Of a stretch of 32,000 bases of DNA, positions 15,975 through 25,437 are shown piece by piece (position 1 is the first letter of the stretch; each line of letters begins with the position of its first letter). The notes under the pieces were generated by a model. It saw only the letters and a list, made by a program, of their open reading frames with translations. It did no database searches and had not been told where the DNA came from. This DNA comes from Microcystis aeruginosa NIES-2549 (GTDB lineage Bacteria > Cyanobacteriota > Cyanobacteriia > Cyanobacteriales > Microcystaceae): positions 2,250,001 to 2,282,000 of the forward strand of contig NZ_CP011304.1 in NCBI RefSeq assembly GCF_000981785.2. The letters are read 5' to 3'. The position numbers were made by a program, and so were the translations under genes.

Positions 15975-18900
15975 TTACACCGAAGTTAAGGTTTTCTCCG
16001 CGCTAATTTGCGCTTCGGGACTATCCGCTTCCGAGGGAGGGACTACTTGCCAGAATTGACCGAGATAGCTATCCCAATTAGCTAAAATTAACTTACCTTT
16101 GGGGCTATTAGTGCGTTCTACATGGGCCTCAATTAAAGATTTTAACTGTTCCGCACCGGCAGCCGTGGCAACCCGTTGAATCTTGACAATTTCGGGGTTG
16201 AGTTTCTCCGGTAGGGACGGATCGAGGATATAAGCTAATCCTCCCGTCATCCCGGCGCCGACGTTGCGACCGACGGAACCAAGCACGACAATTACCCCCC
16301 CGGTCATATATTCACAGAGGTGATCCCCGGCCCCTTCGATAACCGCTTTCGCGGTGGAATTGCGGACAGCAAAGCGTTCACCAGCGCGACCATTAGCGTA
16401 TAACACCCCACCGGTGGCCCCGTAGAGACAGGTATTACCGATAATAGCGTTATCTTCGGGCTGATAATTGGCGTTTTGGGGCGGTAAGATGACAATTTCG
16501 CCGCCGTAGATGCCTTTACCCACATAATCGTTAGCTTCTCCCTCTAAATGGAGATTGACACCGGGTAAATTAAAGGCTCCGAAACTTTGACCGGCCGCAC
16601 CCTGGAAATTGAGCTTAATTTCGCCTTCAAAGCCGTCATTCCCGTATTTTTGGGCAATTACCCCCGCAATTCTCGCCCCGACAGAGCGATCGGTATTGAC
16701 AATCCTGTAGGTTTTGCTGACGGTTCCCTGTTGCTCGATCGCTTGTTTAATCTCGCTATCGGCTAGAATATCGTCATCGAGAACAGCACCGTTACTATGT
16801 ACTTCCTCGTGCTGCAACCAAGAGCGATCGCCACGGCCATCGGGTAAATTCAATAAACAATCAAGATTGAGGGATTCTGTCTTAGTTAAACGAGCATCGG
16901 AGCGCACTTTTAACAGATCTGCTCGGCCAATCACCTCATTTAAACTGTGATAGCCTAATTTCGCTAATAATTGCCGCGTTTCCTCAGCCACCAAAGTAAA
17001 GAAATTGACCACATGAGCGGGAATTCCTGGAAAACGAGCGCGGAGACGTTCCTGCTGGGTAGCGACTCCCACAGGGCAATTATTCGTGTGACAGACGCGG
17101 GCCATGATACACCCCTCGGCAATCATGGAAATGGAACCAAAACCGAATTCCTCCGCACCCATCACGGCAGCCATGAGGATATCCCAACCGGTTTTCAGTC
17201 CCCCATCTGCACGCAAAATCACCCGATGACGCAGTTGATTTTCCATTAACATCCGATGCACTTCCGTTACTCCCAATTCCCAGGGACTACCCGCGTGTTT
17301 GATCGAACTTAGGGGTGATGCACCTGTACCACCATCGTGGCCAGAAATCTGGATAATATCAGCGTTAGCTTTGGCAACTCCGGCCGCAATTGTGCCGATA
17401 CCGATCTCGGCCACTAATTTGACGGAAACTTTGGCCCGGGGGTTAATTTGGTGTAAATCGTAGATTAATTGTGCTAAATCTTCGATCGAGTAGATATCGT
17501 GGTGAGGAGGGGGAGAAATCAAGGTAACACCAGGTTTTGATCGCCGTAACATGGCAATATAGGGACTAACTTTTTTCCCGGGTAATTGACCTCCTTCTCC
17601 CGGTTTTGCTCCCTGGGCCATTTTAATCTCTAGCTGTTTTCCACTCATTAAGTATTCGGGAGTGACTCCAAAACGTCCCGAAGCTATCTGTTTAATGGCA
17701 GAATTAGCTGTATCACCGTTTTTTAAGCCGTTTAGGTGGGGCATGGTCACGGAATGTCCCTCGGCATCCACATCGCTTAAGCTGGTGTAACGGATCGGAT
17801 CTTCTCCCCCTTCTCCAGAATTGGACTTACCTCCGATGCGATTCATGGCGATCGCTAGGGTTTCGTGTGCTTCCCGGCCCAAGGCACCGAGGGACATTCC
17901 CCCTGTGCAGAAGCGTTGCAGGATACTTTCGATCGATTCTACTGCTTCGAGGGGAATTGAGGCTCGATCGCTGTTAAATTCTAATAAGTCGCGCAATGCA
18001 GTAACGGGTCTTTCCTGCAAGATTTGACGATAGGTTTCGTAATGGTCATATCCTTCCCCTTGGGAGTGAGCGGCCACGGCTTTATGGAGTGCTTTCGCCA
18101 TTTCCGGGGAATTCATGTGGTATTCTCCCCCCGGACGGTAGTTGACAAAACCGTAGTTTTCTAGTTTTTTAGCGGTAAGATTGGGGAAAGCTTTACTGTG
18201 GAATGCGATCGCTTCTTGGGCCACCTCAGCAATGCTTAAACCCCCGACGCGACTGGTAGTACCGTTAAAAGCTAGTTTAACTAAATCTGCCGACAGACCG
18301 ATCGCCTCGAAAATTTGCGCCCCATGGTAGGAAGATAGGAGAGAAATACCCATTTTCGAGAGGATTTTCAGTAATCCTGCTTCTACGGATTTGCGGTAGT
18401 TAATTAGGGCTTTTTCGAGGCTAATAGCTTCTAATTTGCCGTTTTCCATCAATTTCTGGGTTTTTGGCTCGATCCACCACTGGGCGATCGTTTCTAGGGC
18501 CAGATAGGGACAAACTGCGGAAGCGCCATAACCAATTAGACAAGCGAAGTGATGGGTACTCCAACACTGGGCCGTGTCGATCACGATCGAAGCTTTTAAA
18601 CGCAAGTGTGAGCGAATCAGGTGATGATGGACGGCACCAACAGCTAATAAGGGGGGAATATAGCTAGTTTTTTCGTCAATAGGAGCAGTTCTGTCACTGA
18701 GAATTAAAATTTCTGCTCCCGATTCTACTTTCTTGGCGGCCTCAGCGCACAAATTAGCGATCGCGGTTTCTAATCCCCCCGGTCCGGTGGTCAGATCATA
18801 AAGGGTAGAAAGTTCGGCTGTTTTGTAGCTAGAGGTTTTAACTTTGGCTAATTCCGCATTATTGAGCAGGGGAGAGTCTAATTTCAGTAAATGTGCGTCA

Positions 18901-20579
18901 TCAACCCCTAATTTAAGGATATTGCCCCGTCGTCCCAGATACATAGTCAAGGACATGACTAAACTTTCGCGTAAAGGATCGATGGGGGGGTTAGTAACTT
19001 GGGCAAAACGTTGTTTAAAGTAATCGTAGAGAAGATGGGGTTTACTGGAGAGGACTGCTAGGGGAGTGTCATCACCCATACAGAAAGTCGGTTCTTTTCC
19101 CTGTTCTGCCATGGGAACGATAATCATATCCACATCTTCGGCAGTATAACCAAAAGCGGTTTGCAGGGGAAGGAGATGACTAGGAGCGGGAATGTCTATC
19201 GCTGTTTCTTTGTCAATCAAGGTGCGTTGGGATTTCACCCATTCACCGTAGGGATTAGCTCGGGCAATTTCCTGTTTAATCTGCCAATTACGCTTAATTT
19301 CGCCTTTTTCTAGGTCCACTGCGAGCATTTGACCGGGGCCGAGACGACCTTTTTCCATAATGGTGGTTTCATCGAGGGGAATAGTTCCCGCTTCCGAGGA
19401 AACGACGATATAACCGTTGTTAGTAATGCTATAACGGGCCGGTCGCAAACCGTTGCGATCCAAACAAGCGCCGACGATTCCCCCGTCACTGAATACCAGT
19501 AAAGCCGGACCGTCCCAGGGTTCCTGTAAACCGCTATAGTATTCGTAGAAGTCGATAATTTCGGGATAATCCTGTAAATCCGGCTGATTATTGTAGGCCT
19601 CCGGCACTAGGATCATAGCCGCTTCTAGGGGACTGCGACCGGTTCTCACCAATAATTCTAGGGCGCTATCGAGGTTATAGGAGTCGCTGTTAGCGGGGTT
19701 AACAATGGGGGTCAGGGATTGTAATTCTTCGTGGGTCCAACCTTGGGTTTCTAAAGCGGGTTCCCGGGCCGACATCCAGTTAATATTGCCCAAAAGGGTG
19801 TTAATTTCGCCGTTATGACCCAATAAGCGCATCGGTTGAGCGAGGGGCCATTTGGGTTGGGTATTGGTGCTAAAACGTCGGTGATAAATAGCGAATTGAC
19901 TGCTATAGGCGGGATTTTGCAGGTCTAGATAGAATTCTCGCAGGATTTCGCCCCGTACCATGCCTTTATAGACAATGGTGCGACAGGAAAAGGAACAGAA
20001 ATAGAAATCATCGGCCAGTTGCTTACCGACTTCAGAACGGGCAATATAGAGTAGGCGATCGAATTGAGAACCGGCTAAATCGGGGGAAGTCACCAGAATT
20101 TGCTCGACGTAGGGTTGATTTTCCCTTGCTTGTCTTCCGAGGACTTGGGGATGGACGGGAACAGCACGCCAACCTAAAATCTTAATATTATATTTATTGA
20201 CAATTTCCTCGATGTGTGCCTTAGCCTCGGCTCGTTCCCGGTCCGCTTGGGGAAGAAAGACCATACCCACCCCTAGACGCTCAGATTCTGGCATATTTAA
20301 GCCATTTTCGGCGAACCAAGGAGCGAGGACATCTCTGGGGATAGCGGTCATCATACCGGAACCGTCCCCGGAATCCTGATCGGCGCTGCAGCCTCCCCGG
20401 TGTTCCAAACAACCTAAGGCTAAAAGGGCCTGTTCAATCAGTTGATGGCTACCAGAACCGCGCACATCGGCAATAAAACCGACTCCGCAAGCGTCCCGTT
20501 CCTCTACGAGCCATCGGGGACCCCAATAGGGATCGATTTGGTGTATATTGTCGGTTTTTAGGTTATTTTGTTGTGCCAT
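15975..20579 (-). CDS. glsF: Ferredoxin-dependent glutamate synthase (Fd-GOGAT).
   Basis: 1534-aa ATG ORF. Motifs include the N-terminal amidotransferase Cys ([10 protein letters not shown]), the FMN/Fe-S region ([14 protein letters not shown], [19 protein letters not shown]) and the C-terminal GXGD repeats. As I remember it, the protein is collinear with Synechocystis sll1499 down to the EKTLTSV terminus. No small-subunit gene is adjacent. Confidence 0.95.
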   Translation of the reverse strand: MAQQNNLKTDNIHQIDPYWGPRWLVEERDACGVGFIADVRGSGSHQLIEQALLALGCLEHRGGCSADQDSGDGSGMMTAIPRDVLAPWFAENGLNMPESERLGVGMVFLPQADRERAEAKAHIEEIVNKYNIKILGWRAVPVHPQVLGRQARENQPYVEQILVTSPDLAGSQFDRLLYIARSEVGKQLADDFYFCSFSCRTIVYKGMVRGEILREFYLDLQNPAYSSQFAIYHRRFSTNTQPKWPLAQPMRLLGHNGEINTLLGNINWMSAREPALETQGWTHEELQSLTPIVNPANSDSYNLDSALELLVRTGRSPLEAAMILVPEAYNNQPDLQDYPEIIDFYEYYSGLQEPWDGPALLVFSDGGIVGACLDRNGLRPARYSITNNGYIVVSSEAGTIPLDETTIMEKGRLGPGQMLAVDLEKGEIKRNWQIKQEIARANPYGEWVKSQRTLIDKETAIDIPAPSHLLPLQTAFGYTAEDVDMIIVPMAEQGKEPTFCMGDDTPLAVLSSKPHLLYDYFKQRFAQVTNPPIDPLRESLVMSLTMYLGRRGNILKLGVDDAHLLKLDSPLLNNAELAKVKTSSYKTAELSTLYDLTTGPGGLETAIANLCAEAAKKVESGAEILILSDRTAPIDEKTSYIPPLLAVGAVHHHLIRSHLRLKASIVIDTAQCWSTHHFACLIGYGASAVCPYLALETIAQWWIEPKTQKLMENGKLEAISLEKALINYRKSVEAGLLKILSKMGISLLSSYHGAQIFEAIGLSADLVKLAFNGTTSRVGGLSIAEVAQEAIAFHSKAFPNLTAKKLENYGFVNYRPGGEYHMNSPEMAKALHKAVAAHSQGEGYDHYETYRQILQERPVTALRDLLEFNSDRASIPLEAVESIESILQRFCTGGMSLGALGREAHETLAIAMNRIGGKSNSGEGGEDPIRYTSLSDVDAEGHSVTMPHLNGLKNGDTANSAIKQIASGRFGVTPEYLMSGKQLEIKMAQGAKPGEGGQLPGKKVSPYIAMLRRSKPGVTLISPPPHHDIYSIEDLAQLIYDLHQINPRAKVSVKLVAEIGIGTIAAGVAKANADIIQISGHDGGTGASPLSSIKHAGSPWELGVTEVHRMLMENQLRHRVILRADGGLKTGWDILMAAVMGAEEFGFGSISMIAEGCIMARVCHTNNCPVGVATQQERLRARFPGIPAHVVNFFTLVAEETRQLLAKLGYHSLNEVIGRADLLKVRSDARLTKTESLNLDCLLNLPDGRGDRSWLQHEEVHSNGAVLDDDILADSEIKQAIEQQGTVSKTYRIVNTDRSVGARIAGVIAQKYGNDGFEGEIKLNFQGAAGQSFGAFNLPGVNLHLEGEANDYVGKGIYGGEIVILPPQNANYQPEDNAIIGNTCLYGATGGVLYANGRAGERFAVRNSTAKAVIEGAGDHLCEYMTGGVIVVLGSVGRNVGAGMTGGLAYILDPSLPEKLNPEIVKIQRVATAAGAEQLKSLIEAHVERTNSPKGKLILANWDSYLGQFWQVVPPSEADSPEAQISAEKTLTSV

Positions 20580-20879
20580 AGAAGTTATCCTTAGGGTCGT
20601 TGTCTAGAAGGGTGGGATAGTTGGTCTGCTGAAAGGGTCAATCTAGAATAGAATTTTTTTTGATCTTGCCGTTTCGATTGTCGCTGATTTTTCCTAATTT
20701 TTGCCTGTTGCCATCTTTGTCTTGGCCGGTCTGAGGAATCACAGGTGATCTACCATGATATAGTAGCTCTCAGGAATTGTCATCAAAAATCCCCTGGATG
20801 GGGTGAAACATCCTGTTAGGTGCTTATTTTCGCAGAATATTCTCAGATTATAAATATTATTGGAGCAATGGGGTCAAAT

Positions 20880-21767
20880 TCAGGACAAGACTTTCGCTAA
20901 AGAGGTGGGTAAATCGGCCAATTTTTCCACCACTGTCACCCCAGCTTCTTGAAAATGACGTAAGCTATCTTTTCTGGTATTCTTAGCGGCAACAGAGTAG
21001 GAAAGTTGGTTAGAAATAATTGTTTCTGTATCACCGAAATTGGTTTCAATGGCTGTATTTAACCCCACAAGATAGGCAATCACTGGTTTTTCGATCGCCG
21101 AGGCAATATATTTGGCCGCCTCGATTTCGGACTTTCCTCCCACCTGACTGACGAGGAGAATCGCCTCGGTATTTTCATCTTCCTCAAAAACCTGCAACCA
21201 TTGGGACAAATTGGAGCCAATAATGCCGTCAGTACCCAAATTTACCGCCATAGATTCACCATACCCCGCCGCTGTTAAAGTTTTCGCCACTTCATCCCCT
21301 ATGCGATCGCCACGCGTGATCAGACCGATTGTCCCCGATTGATAAAAACTGGGTTCACAAATACCCAACCAAAGATAATTGGGAATAATTACACCCTGGC
21401 TGCCGGGGCCGAGAATTAATGTTCCGGTGGTACTAGCTATCTTTAATAATTCCACCAGATCCAAGGGGGGAACTCCGGGGGTGACGATAATTAATTGGGT
21501 AATTGCTGCTGCGATCGCTTCTAAAGCCGCATCTAGGACTTGATTGGGGGGGACTAAAATTAAACTGGTCTTGATTTCTCCGGCTTCAGCAACGGCCTCG
21601 GCCACTAGATCAAACACTGGTATCTCTGCGATTATCTCACCACCGTGGCCACTAGCCACCCCCGCTACTAAACAGGTTCCCTGAGCTTTCAATCGTGCCG
21701 CATAATATTTGCCTAGGGGTCGATCGATCCCTTGCATAATTATCTGATCTTTATCTGTCCATTTCAT
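20880..21767 (-). CDS. SucD-like CoA-binding protein (succinyl-CoA synthetase alpha-subunit fold), apparently lacking the phosphohistidine.
   Basis: The 295-aa ORF aligns over its full length with my recollection of E. coli SucD (QG...G....VAGV..G.GG, PVF..V.EAV, LIIV.T.G.P..D). [25 protein letters not shown] of SucD corresponds to KPVIAYLVGLNTAIETNFGDTETII here, so the His position is Asp. Confidence 0.65.
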   Translation of the reverse strand: MKWTDKDQIIMQGIDRPLGKYYAARLKAQGTCLVAGVASGHGGEIIAEIPVFDLVAEAVAEAGEIKTSLILVPPNQVLDAALEAIAAAITQLIIVTPGVPPLDLVELLKIASTTGTLILGPGSQGVIIPNYLWLGICEPSFYQSGTIGLITRGDRIGDEVAKTLTAAGYGESMAVNLGTDGIIGSNLSQWLQVFEEDENTEAILLVSQVGGKSEIEAAKYIASAIEKPVIAYLVGLNTAIETNFGDTETIISNQLSYSVAAKNTRKDSLRHFQEAGVTVVEKLADLPTSLAKVLS

Positions 21768-21790
21768 ATATTAAGTGTTGGGAGTTGTTT

Positions 21791-21893
21791 CAGTAAACAG
21801 TAAACAGTAATCAGTAAACAGTAAACAGTAATCAGTGAGACACTGTTGATGGGAGTTTTTTTCAGTGGTCAGTAAACAGTAAACAGTAATCAG
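21791..21893 (+). repeat. Heptamer tandem repeats (STRR-like) in two blocks.
   Basis: Block 1 (21791-21839) is CAGTAAA CAGTAAA CAGTAAT x2 followed by CAGTGAG. Block 2 (21863-21893) is CAGTGGT CAGTAAA CAGTAAA CAGTAAT CAG. A 23-nt spacer separates the blocks. Confidence 0.9.
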
Positions 21894-22045
21894 GTTCTGA
21901 AGGCAAGAGTCACTCATGCAAGAGGCAAAAGAAAGAATCTGGCAATTCTCTCACCTAAAAAGAAGGTTAGAAACTAGGCACATCAAAGCTTTTAGCTTAA
22001 CCAATTAGGTTTTAGATTCGGCCCTTGTGAACTGAAAACTCACAT

Positions 22046-22072
22046 CTGATGACTGATGACTGATGACTGATC
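22046..22072 (+). repeat. Heptamer tandem repeat: CTGATGA x3 plus CTGATC.
   Basis: Read directly at 22046-22072. Confidence 0.9.
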
Positions 22073-22122
22073 TACTTTAGTCGTTCATAATCTGAGATTT
22101 AAGTAGGTAGGCACAATTATTT

Positions 22123-22187
22123 GTAGGATGGGTTAGCGGTAGCGTAACATAATCGGGCGTTGGGTTTCATGCTTCAACCCAACCTAC
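22123..22187. repeat. Palindromic GTAGGNTGGGTT / AACCCAACCTAC element, possibly terminal sequence of the adjacent IS630 remnant.
   Basis: GTAGGATGGGTT (22123-22134) and AACCCAACCTAC (22176-22187) are inverted with one mismatch. There is an inner hairpin GTTGGGTT-TCATGCTTC-AACCCAAC. This motif type is widespread in cyanobacterial genomes as far as I recall. Confidence 0.5.
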
Positions 22188-22214
22188 GTTCATTTTATAT
22201 TTAATTCCACCCAC

Positions 22215-22500
22215 CTACTTATTAAACTTCTGAAATCCTAGAGTGAGCAAGGAATCCAGTTCTTTTTTATGTTTCAGATGGGCATCATTCAGACATTCAT
22301 AAATAGTTGAAGAAAAGTCGGAAAAGTTTTCATAATATTTACCATATAAACATTTCTTTTTGACAAATTTCCACAGGCTTTCAATTAAATTTAGATTAGG
22401 CAATAAGACGGCAGATAGAGTAATTCTATTGACAAAGAAAGAGCCAATTATTCAACAATTTTACATTTTTGATAGCGGGCATTATCTAATACTAGAGTGA
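22215..22500 (-). pseudogene. IS630-family transposase remnant: C-terminal catalytic part only, frameshifted.
   Basis: The minus strand reads TLVLDNARYQKCKIVE then a stop. After a frame change it reads ELLYLPSYC, then PNLNLIESLWKFVKKKCLYGKYYENF... to the stop at 22215. The DNA..H/Q and PxLNxIE motifs are the second and third catalytic-residue regions of IS630/Tc1 transposases. The N-terminal two thirds are absent. Confidence 0.75.
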
Positions 22501-22908
22501 TTTGAGGAAAAAATGCAAGTTATAGCCGTGCAAAGTATAGCTCAAGAGAGCATAGGCTATGATCGCAATCACAATATTAACATCAAATATGTTTGCTCCA
22601 CCAGATGAAGCAGGGCTAATGAATAAGGTGGAAAATGGCTCAATGAAAGGTGCAGATAGATGATTAATCAACTGAGCAAATTGATTTTGTGGGTTCGCAC
22701 CAAACAAACGCAGCAAGAACCTCATTACCAGTGGTATTTGCACTATTCCTGCCAGCACGAAAATGCTATTAATTATCCAATTTAAGGTATTACTTCGTCT
22801 GGCAGATCGCAGGCGTTTCTCTTCTTGATCAAGTCGAAAAGCCTCTTCATCATGTAGCAGTTCTTGTCGCCGCTCAAGATTGGTTTCATCATCCCGATCG
22901 TGATTCAT
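22492..22908 (-). CDS. YggT-family membrane protein with a charged N-terminal extension. Its 3' end abuts or overlaps the IS630 remnant.
   Basis: 138-aa ATG ORF. The segment MRFLLRLFGANPQNQFAQLINHLSAPFIEPFSTLF...IFDVNIVIAIIAYALL fits the YggT pattern (R.LL..F.aNp...F...i...t.P...PF). The last roughly 10 codons may derive from IS sequence. Confidence 0.55.
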   Translation of the reverse strand: MNHDRDDETNLERRQELLHDEEAFRLDQEEKRLRSARRSNTLNWIINSIFVLAGIVQIPLVMRFLLRLFGANPQNQFAQLINHLSAPFIEPFSTLFISPASSGGANIFDVNIVIAIIAYALLSYTLHGYNLHFFLKSL

Positions 22909-23048
22909 TCTTAGACCTCAGAGTCAATATTTTTCTGATTTATAGCAGTTCTCACATCTGTGTGGCACACTTAAACCTTTGCTGATTAAGCTTTTCAATA
23001 TCGATAATGTACCTCGTGCGAACAGGAAACGCTATAAATAAATTCTCC

Positions 23049-23079
23049 AATCAGTGGCGGGTACAAGCCACCACTGATT
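23049..23079 (-). terminator. Hairpin downstream of the cyanophycinase gene.
   Basis: AATCAGTGG (23049-23057) pairs with CCACTGATT (23071-23079) around a 13-nt loop. The minus-strand tail is GGAGAATTTATTTAT. Confidence 0.4.
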
Positions 23080-23091
23080 GTTCCCTCCGAC

Positions 23092-23955
23092 CTACTCCCT
23101 TTCAACTTCTGCCTCCTTTTTAGGATTGCTATCCTTTAACTCTATTGATCGAGAGAAAACGGGCTTGCGAGTTTTCAAGTTAAAGCGGAATCCTTGAGGT
23201 AAGATGTGCAACCTGACTCCACACACTGCCATCGCTTCATCTTTGAGCAGTTCGTCTAAATTATCATAAGTTGCTTCTGATTCATCGACAACTGTTATAG
23301 CCCCACGCCCCACCACTTTAAATTCGTCACCGTCCACAATTACTGCTGTATCTTCGTCAATGCCAAAGCCTAAGTTAGCTGGCTGCTGTAAGAGAGCGGA
23401 AATCAGGCGACCTAGCCGTCCGCGCTGGGCAAAATGCTGATCGATCACCACTGAGTGCAGAAATCCCATTCCCGGACCCATATCTATCGCGTCCATGCGT
23501 GGGTTGGTTTCGGAGTCTCCTTCAATAATCATCAGATCGGGCATTATGGCAGCACCGGCACTTGTCCCACCTACCACCATTCCCTCCCGATTGCGTTGGT
23601 GAAGTAAGGTATCTAGCTGAGTTCCCTTGATGTGTTCAATGATTAGGGCTTGATCTCCCCCGGTAAAAAACGCTCCTGTGGCTTCCTCAATGATTTTCAG
23701 GTTTTCTGGATCGTCGGCATCTTCCCTGTGAATGGTATCGAGGACACGCACATCCTCGACACCGAGTCGCTCAAACACTCGGGTATAGGCTTCTCCAGCC
23801 GAACGAGGCTCACTTGTTGCCGCCGTTAACACGGCAATTTTAGCTTTAGTCCCGCCAGCACAGCGAACAAACTCTCGCAAGATTTGACAATCTCCTTCTT
23901 TGTCTTCTGCTCCACCAATGATGATTAATTGCCCGCGCTCTTTTGTAGATTCCAT
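23092..23955 (-). CDS. cphB: Cyanophycinase (S51 peptidase).
   Basis: The ATG at 23955 is preceded by AAGGAG at 7-nt spacing; the longer ORF to 23985 starts at GTG. Motifs present are LIIIGGAEDK, FFTGGDQ, GGTSAGAA (nucleophile Ser) and VIDQHFAQRGRLGRL. Confidence 0.88.
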   Translation of the reverse strand: MESTKERGQLIIIGGAEDKEGDCQILREFVRCAGGTKAKIAVLTAATSEPRSAGEAYTRVFERLGVEDVRVLDTIHREDADDPENLKIIEEATGAFFTGGDQALIIEHIKGTQLDTLLHQRNREGMVVGGTSAGAAIMPDLMIIEGDSETNPRMDAIDMGPGMGFLHSVVIDQHFAQRGRLGRLISALLQQPANLGFGIDEDTAVIVDGDEFKVVGRGAITVVDESEATYDNLDELLKDEAMAVCGVRLHILPQGFRFNLKTRKPVFSRSIELKDSNPKKEAEVERE

Positions 23956-24057
23956 ACAAAAACTCCTTGTTAAACTAAACAGCACAACAACATAAATTTA
24001 AATTATGATCGTTCACACCTCCCCTACCCAATACCGTTCGGTTGAGCCAACCAGCCA

Positions 24058-24104
24058 CCACCCCTCTCTTATCTCCCCTTTCAGGGGAGATAAGAGAGGG
24101 GTGG
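24058..24104. other. Perfect 21-bp inverted repeat (hairpin) without a U-tract.
   Basis: CCACCCCTCTCTTATCTCCCC (24058-24078), loop TTTCA, then GGGGAGATAAGAGAGGGGTGG (24084-24104). It lies 10 nt downstream of the small membrane-protein gene. The minus-strand tail TGGCTGGTTGG is not U-rich. Confidence 0.85.
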
Positions 24105-24114
24105 GAATGAATAA

Positions 24115-24264
24115 TTACCGTCGCCTCATAAACAAGTTGTAGACAACGCCAATCAGCACCAAAACCAAAAGCAGGTGGATTAAGCCGCCGCCAATGTTAA
24201 CGGAGAATCCTAACAACCAGAGGATGAAAAGTATAACAACGGCAGTCCAAACGAGATCGAACAT
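24115..24264 (-). CDS. Small (49 aa) two-helix membrane protein, lmo0937-like family.
   Basis: It is not in the ORF track because it is shorter than 60 aa. ATG at 24264 and TAA at 24115-24117. It translates to MFDLVWTAVVILFILWLLGFSVNIGGGLIHLLLVLVLIGVVYNLFMRRR. The LWLLGF...GGLIHLLLV...RRR pattern matches the small stress-associated membrane protein family I recall under that name. Confidence 0.65.
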   Translation of the reverse strand: MFDLVWTAVVILFILWLLGFSVNIGGGLIHLLLVLVLIGVVYNLFMRRR

Positions 24265-24314
24265 ATTTCCCCCCTTGATTTAGAGAAAAGTGATGGAAAT
24301 TCAGTCATCGATAC

Positions 24315-24794
24315 TTAATTGAGGATATCTTGAACCTGATCTTTCACATCTTCTACTGCATTGCGAACTTGGCTTTCGACTTGTTTAGCTTTTCCAGCAA
24401 CTTGATCTTGGCGGTTGCCAGTAGCTTTACCTATCGCTTCTTGAGCTTTGCCTTCAATGTTTTTTGTGACTGCTTTTGCCCTCCCTTTTAACTTCATCTG
24501 GTCTTTTATATCTTCTGCTGCGTTACGAGCCTGACTTTCGACTTGCTTGGCTTTTCCCATCATCTGATCTTTGGGATCGCCTGTCATGTTGCCAATCGCT
24601 TCTTGAGCTTTGCCTTCAATATTTTTCGTAACTGCCTTGGCTCGATTCATGCTGGCGATTTGAGTCTGCGGTTGGGTGGGTAAAGTTGCAGCCCAACTAT
24701 TTGTAGTTCCAAAATCAAAAGCTATAGTAATTGCCAGCATTATAGTTAAAATAATGGTGACAAAAAAGCGACGAATCTGTTGAAGTGACATCAT
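24315..24794 (-). CDS. Secreted or membrane-anchored protein with two tandem CsbD-like domains.
   Basis: 159-aa ORF with an N-terminal hydrophobic signal or anchor (FFVTIILTIMLAITIAF). Two near-identical repeats follow: KAVTKNIEGKAQEAIG..TG...DQ..GKAKQVESQ.RNA.ED.KDQ. Confidence 0.85.
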   Translation of the reverse strand: MMSLQQIRRFFVTIILTIMLAITIAFDFGTTNSWAATLPTQPQTQIASMNRAKAVTKNIEGKAQEAIGNMTGDPKDQMMGKAKQVESQARNAAEDIKDQMKLKGRAKAVTKNIEGKAQEAIGKATGNRQDQVAGKAKQVESQVRNAVEDVKDQVQDILN

Positions 24795-25083
24795 TTTAAA
24801 TCCAAAAAAAAAATTGATGAATCGATTATATATGGATGATGAACAACTACTGTCTAGACCCTTTCGAGAAAGATTTTTCTAGTCTTTGACGGTGTAAGTT
24901 TACCGAGGGAGAGATCTTCGACTTCTTTGAGAAGCTAGGTATCTGGTGATATTGGGTTTATTTACGCCGCCTCGTCCTAGTGTTTCACCTGTCTCGAAAG
25001 AAACCATTTTTTGAGGAAGACTTCCGATGAAAGCCTGGTTTCAATCATTTGTCTGAATGGCGGTTGCTGTGACAAACGACCTA

Positions 25084-25266
25084 CTAATCAATGATTTTTT
25101 TGACTTCATCTTTCACATCTTCGATAGTGTGACGAACTTTTGCCTCTGCCTGTTTTTCCTTGCCCTCTGCTTGAGCTTTGGGATCGCCAGTTAGATCTCC
25201 TACTGCTTCTTGAACTTTACCTTCGATATTTTTGGCGGTTGCCTCGGTTCTATCTTTTAAGCTCAT
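25084..25266 (-). CDS. CsbD-family general stress protein.
   Basis: The 60-aa ORF reads MSLKDRTEATAKNIEGKVQEAVGDLTGDPKAQAEGKEKQAEAKVRHTIEDVKDEVKKIID, the canonical CsbD pattern. Confidence 0.88.
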   Translation of the reverse strand: MSLKDRTEATAKNIEGKVQEAVGDLTGDPKAQAEGKEKQAEAKVRHTIEDVKDEVKKIID

Positions 25267-25437
25267 GATGCTCTCCTTATTGAATTTGTTGGATTTGAGA
25301 ACTGCTTACCTAAGTTGAGCTAACAATTCTGCTTCTGGCATTACTGTAACGGGTGGTTGTTTGATTTACTGTATGAATTGATTGAGTCTGTATGAATTGC
25401 TTGAATACGACACAAAATGTAACGGGCGATGCACGAG

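Noticed and set aside
16304-20379. Short ORFs inside the glutamate synthase gene (16304-16525, 16714-16950, 16971-17249, 17821-18027, 18464-18667, 20197-20379).
   Set aside because: They are embedded in a 1534-aa gene with full-length family collinearity. They have no motifs and no start context.
20580-20879. Search for an NtcA box (GTA-N8-TAC) upstream of glsF.
   Set aside because: I found no GTA-N8-TAC in the interval. Only a TAC...GTA arrangement in the wrong order occurs near 20748-20762.
21791-21893. Regularly spaced repeats considered as a CRISPR array.
   Set aside because: The units are contiguous 7-mers with no spacers. The single 23-nt gap is not repeated, and no cas genes are present.
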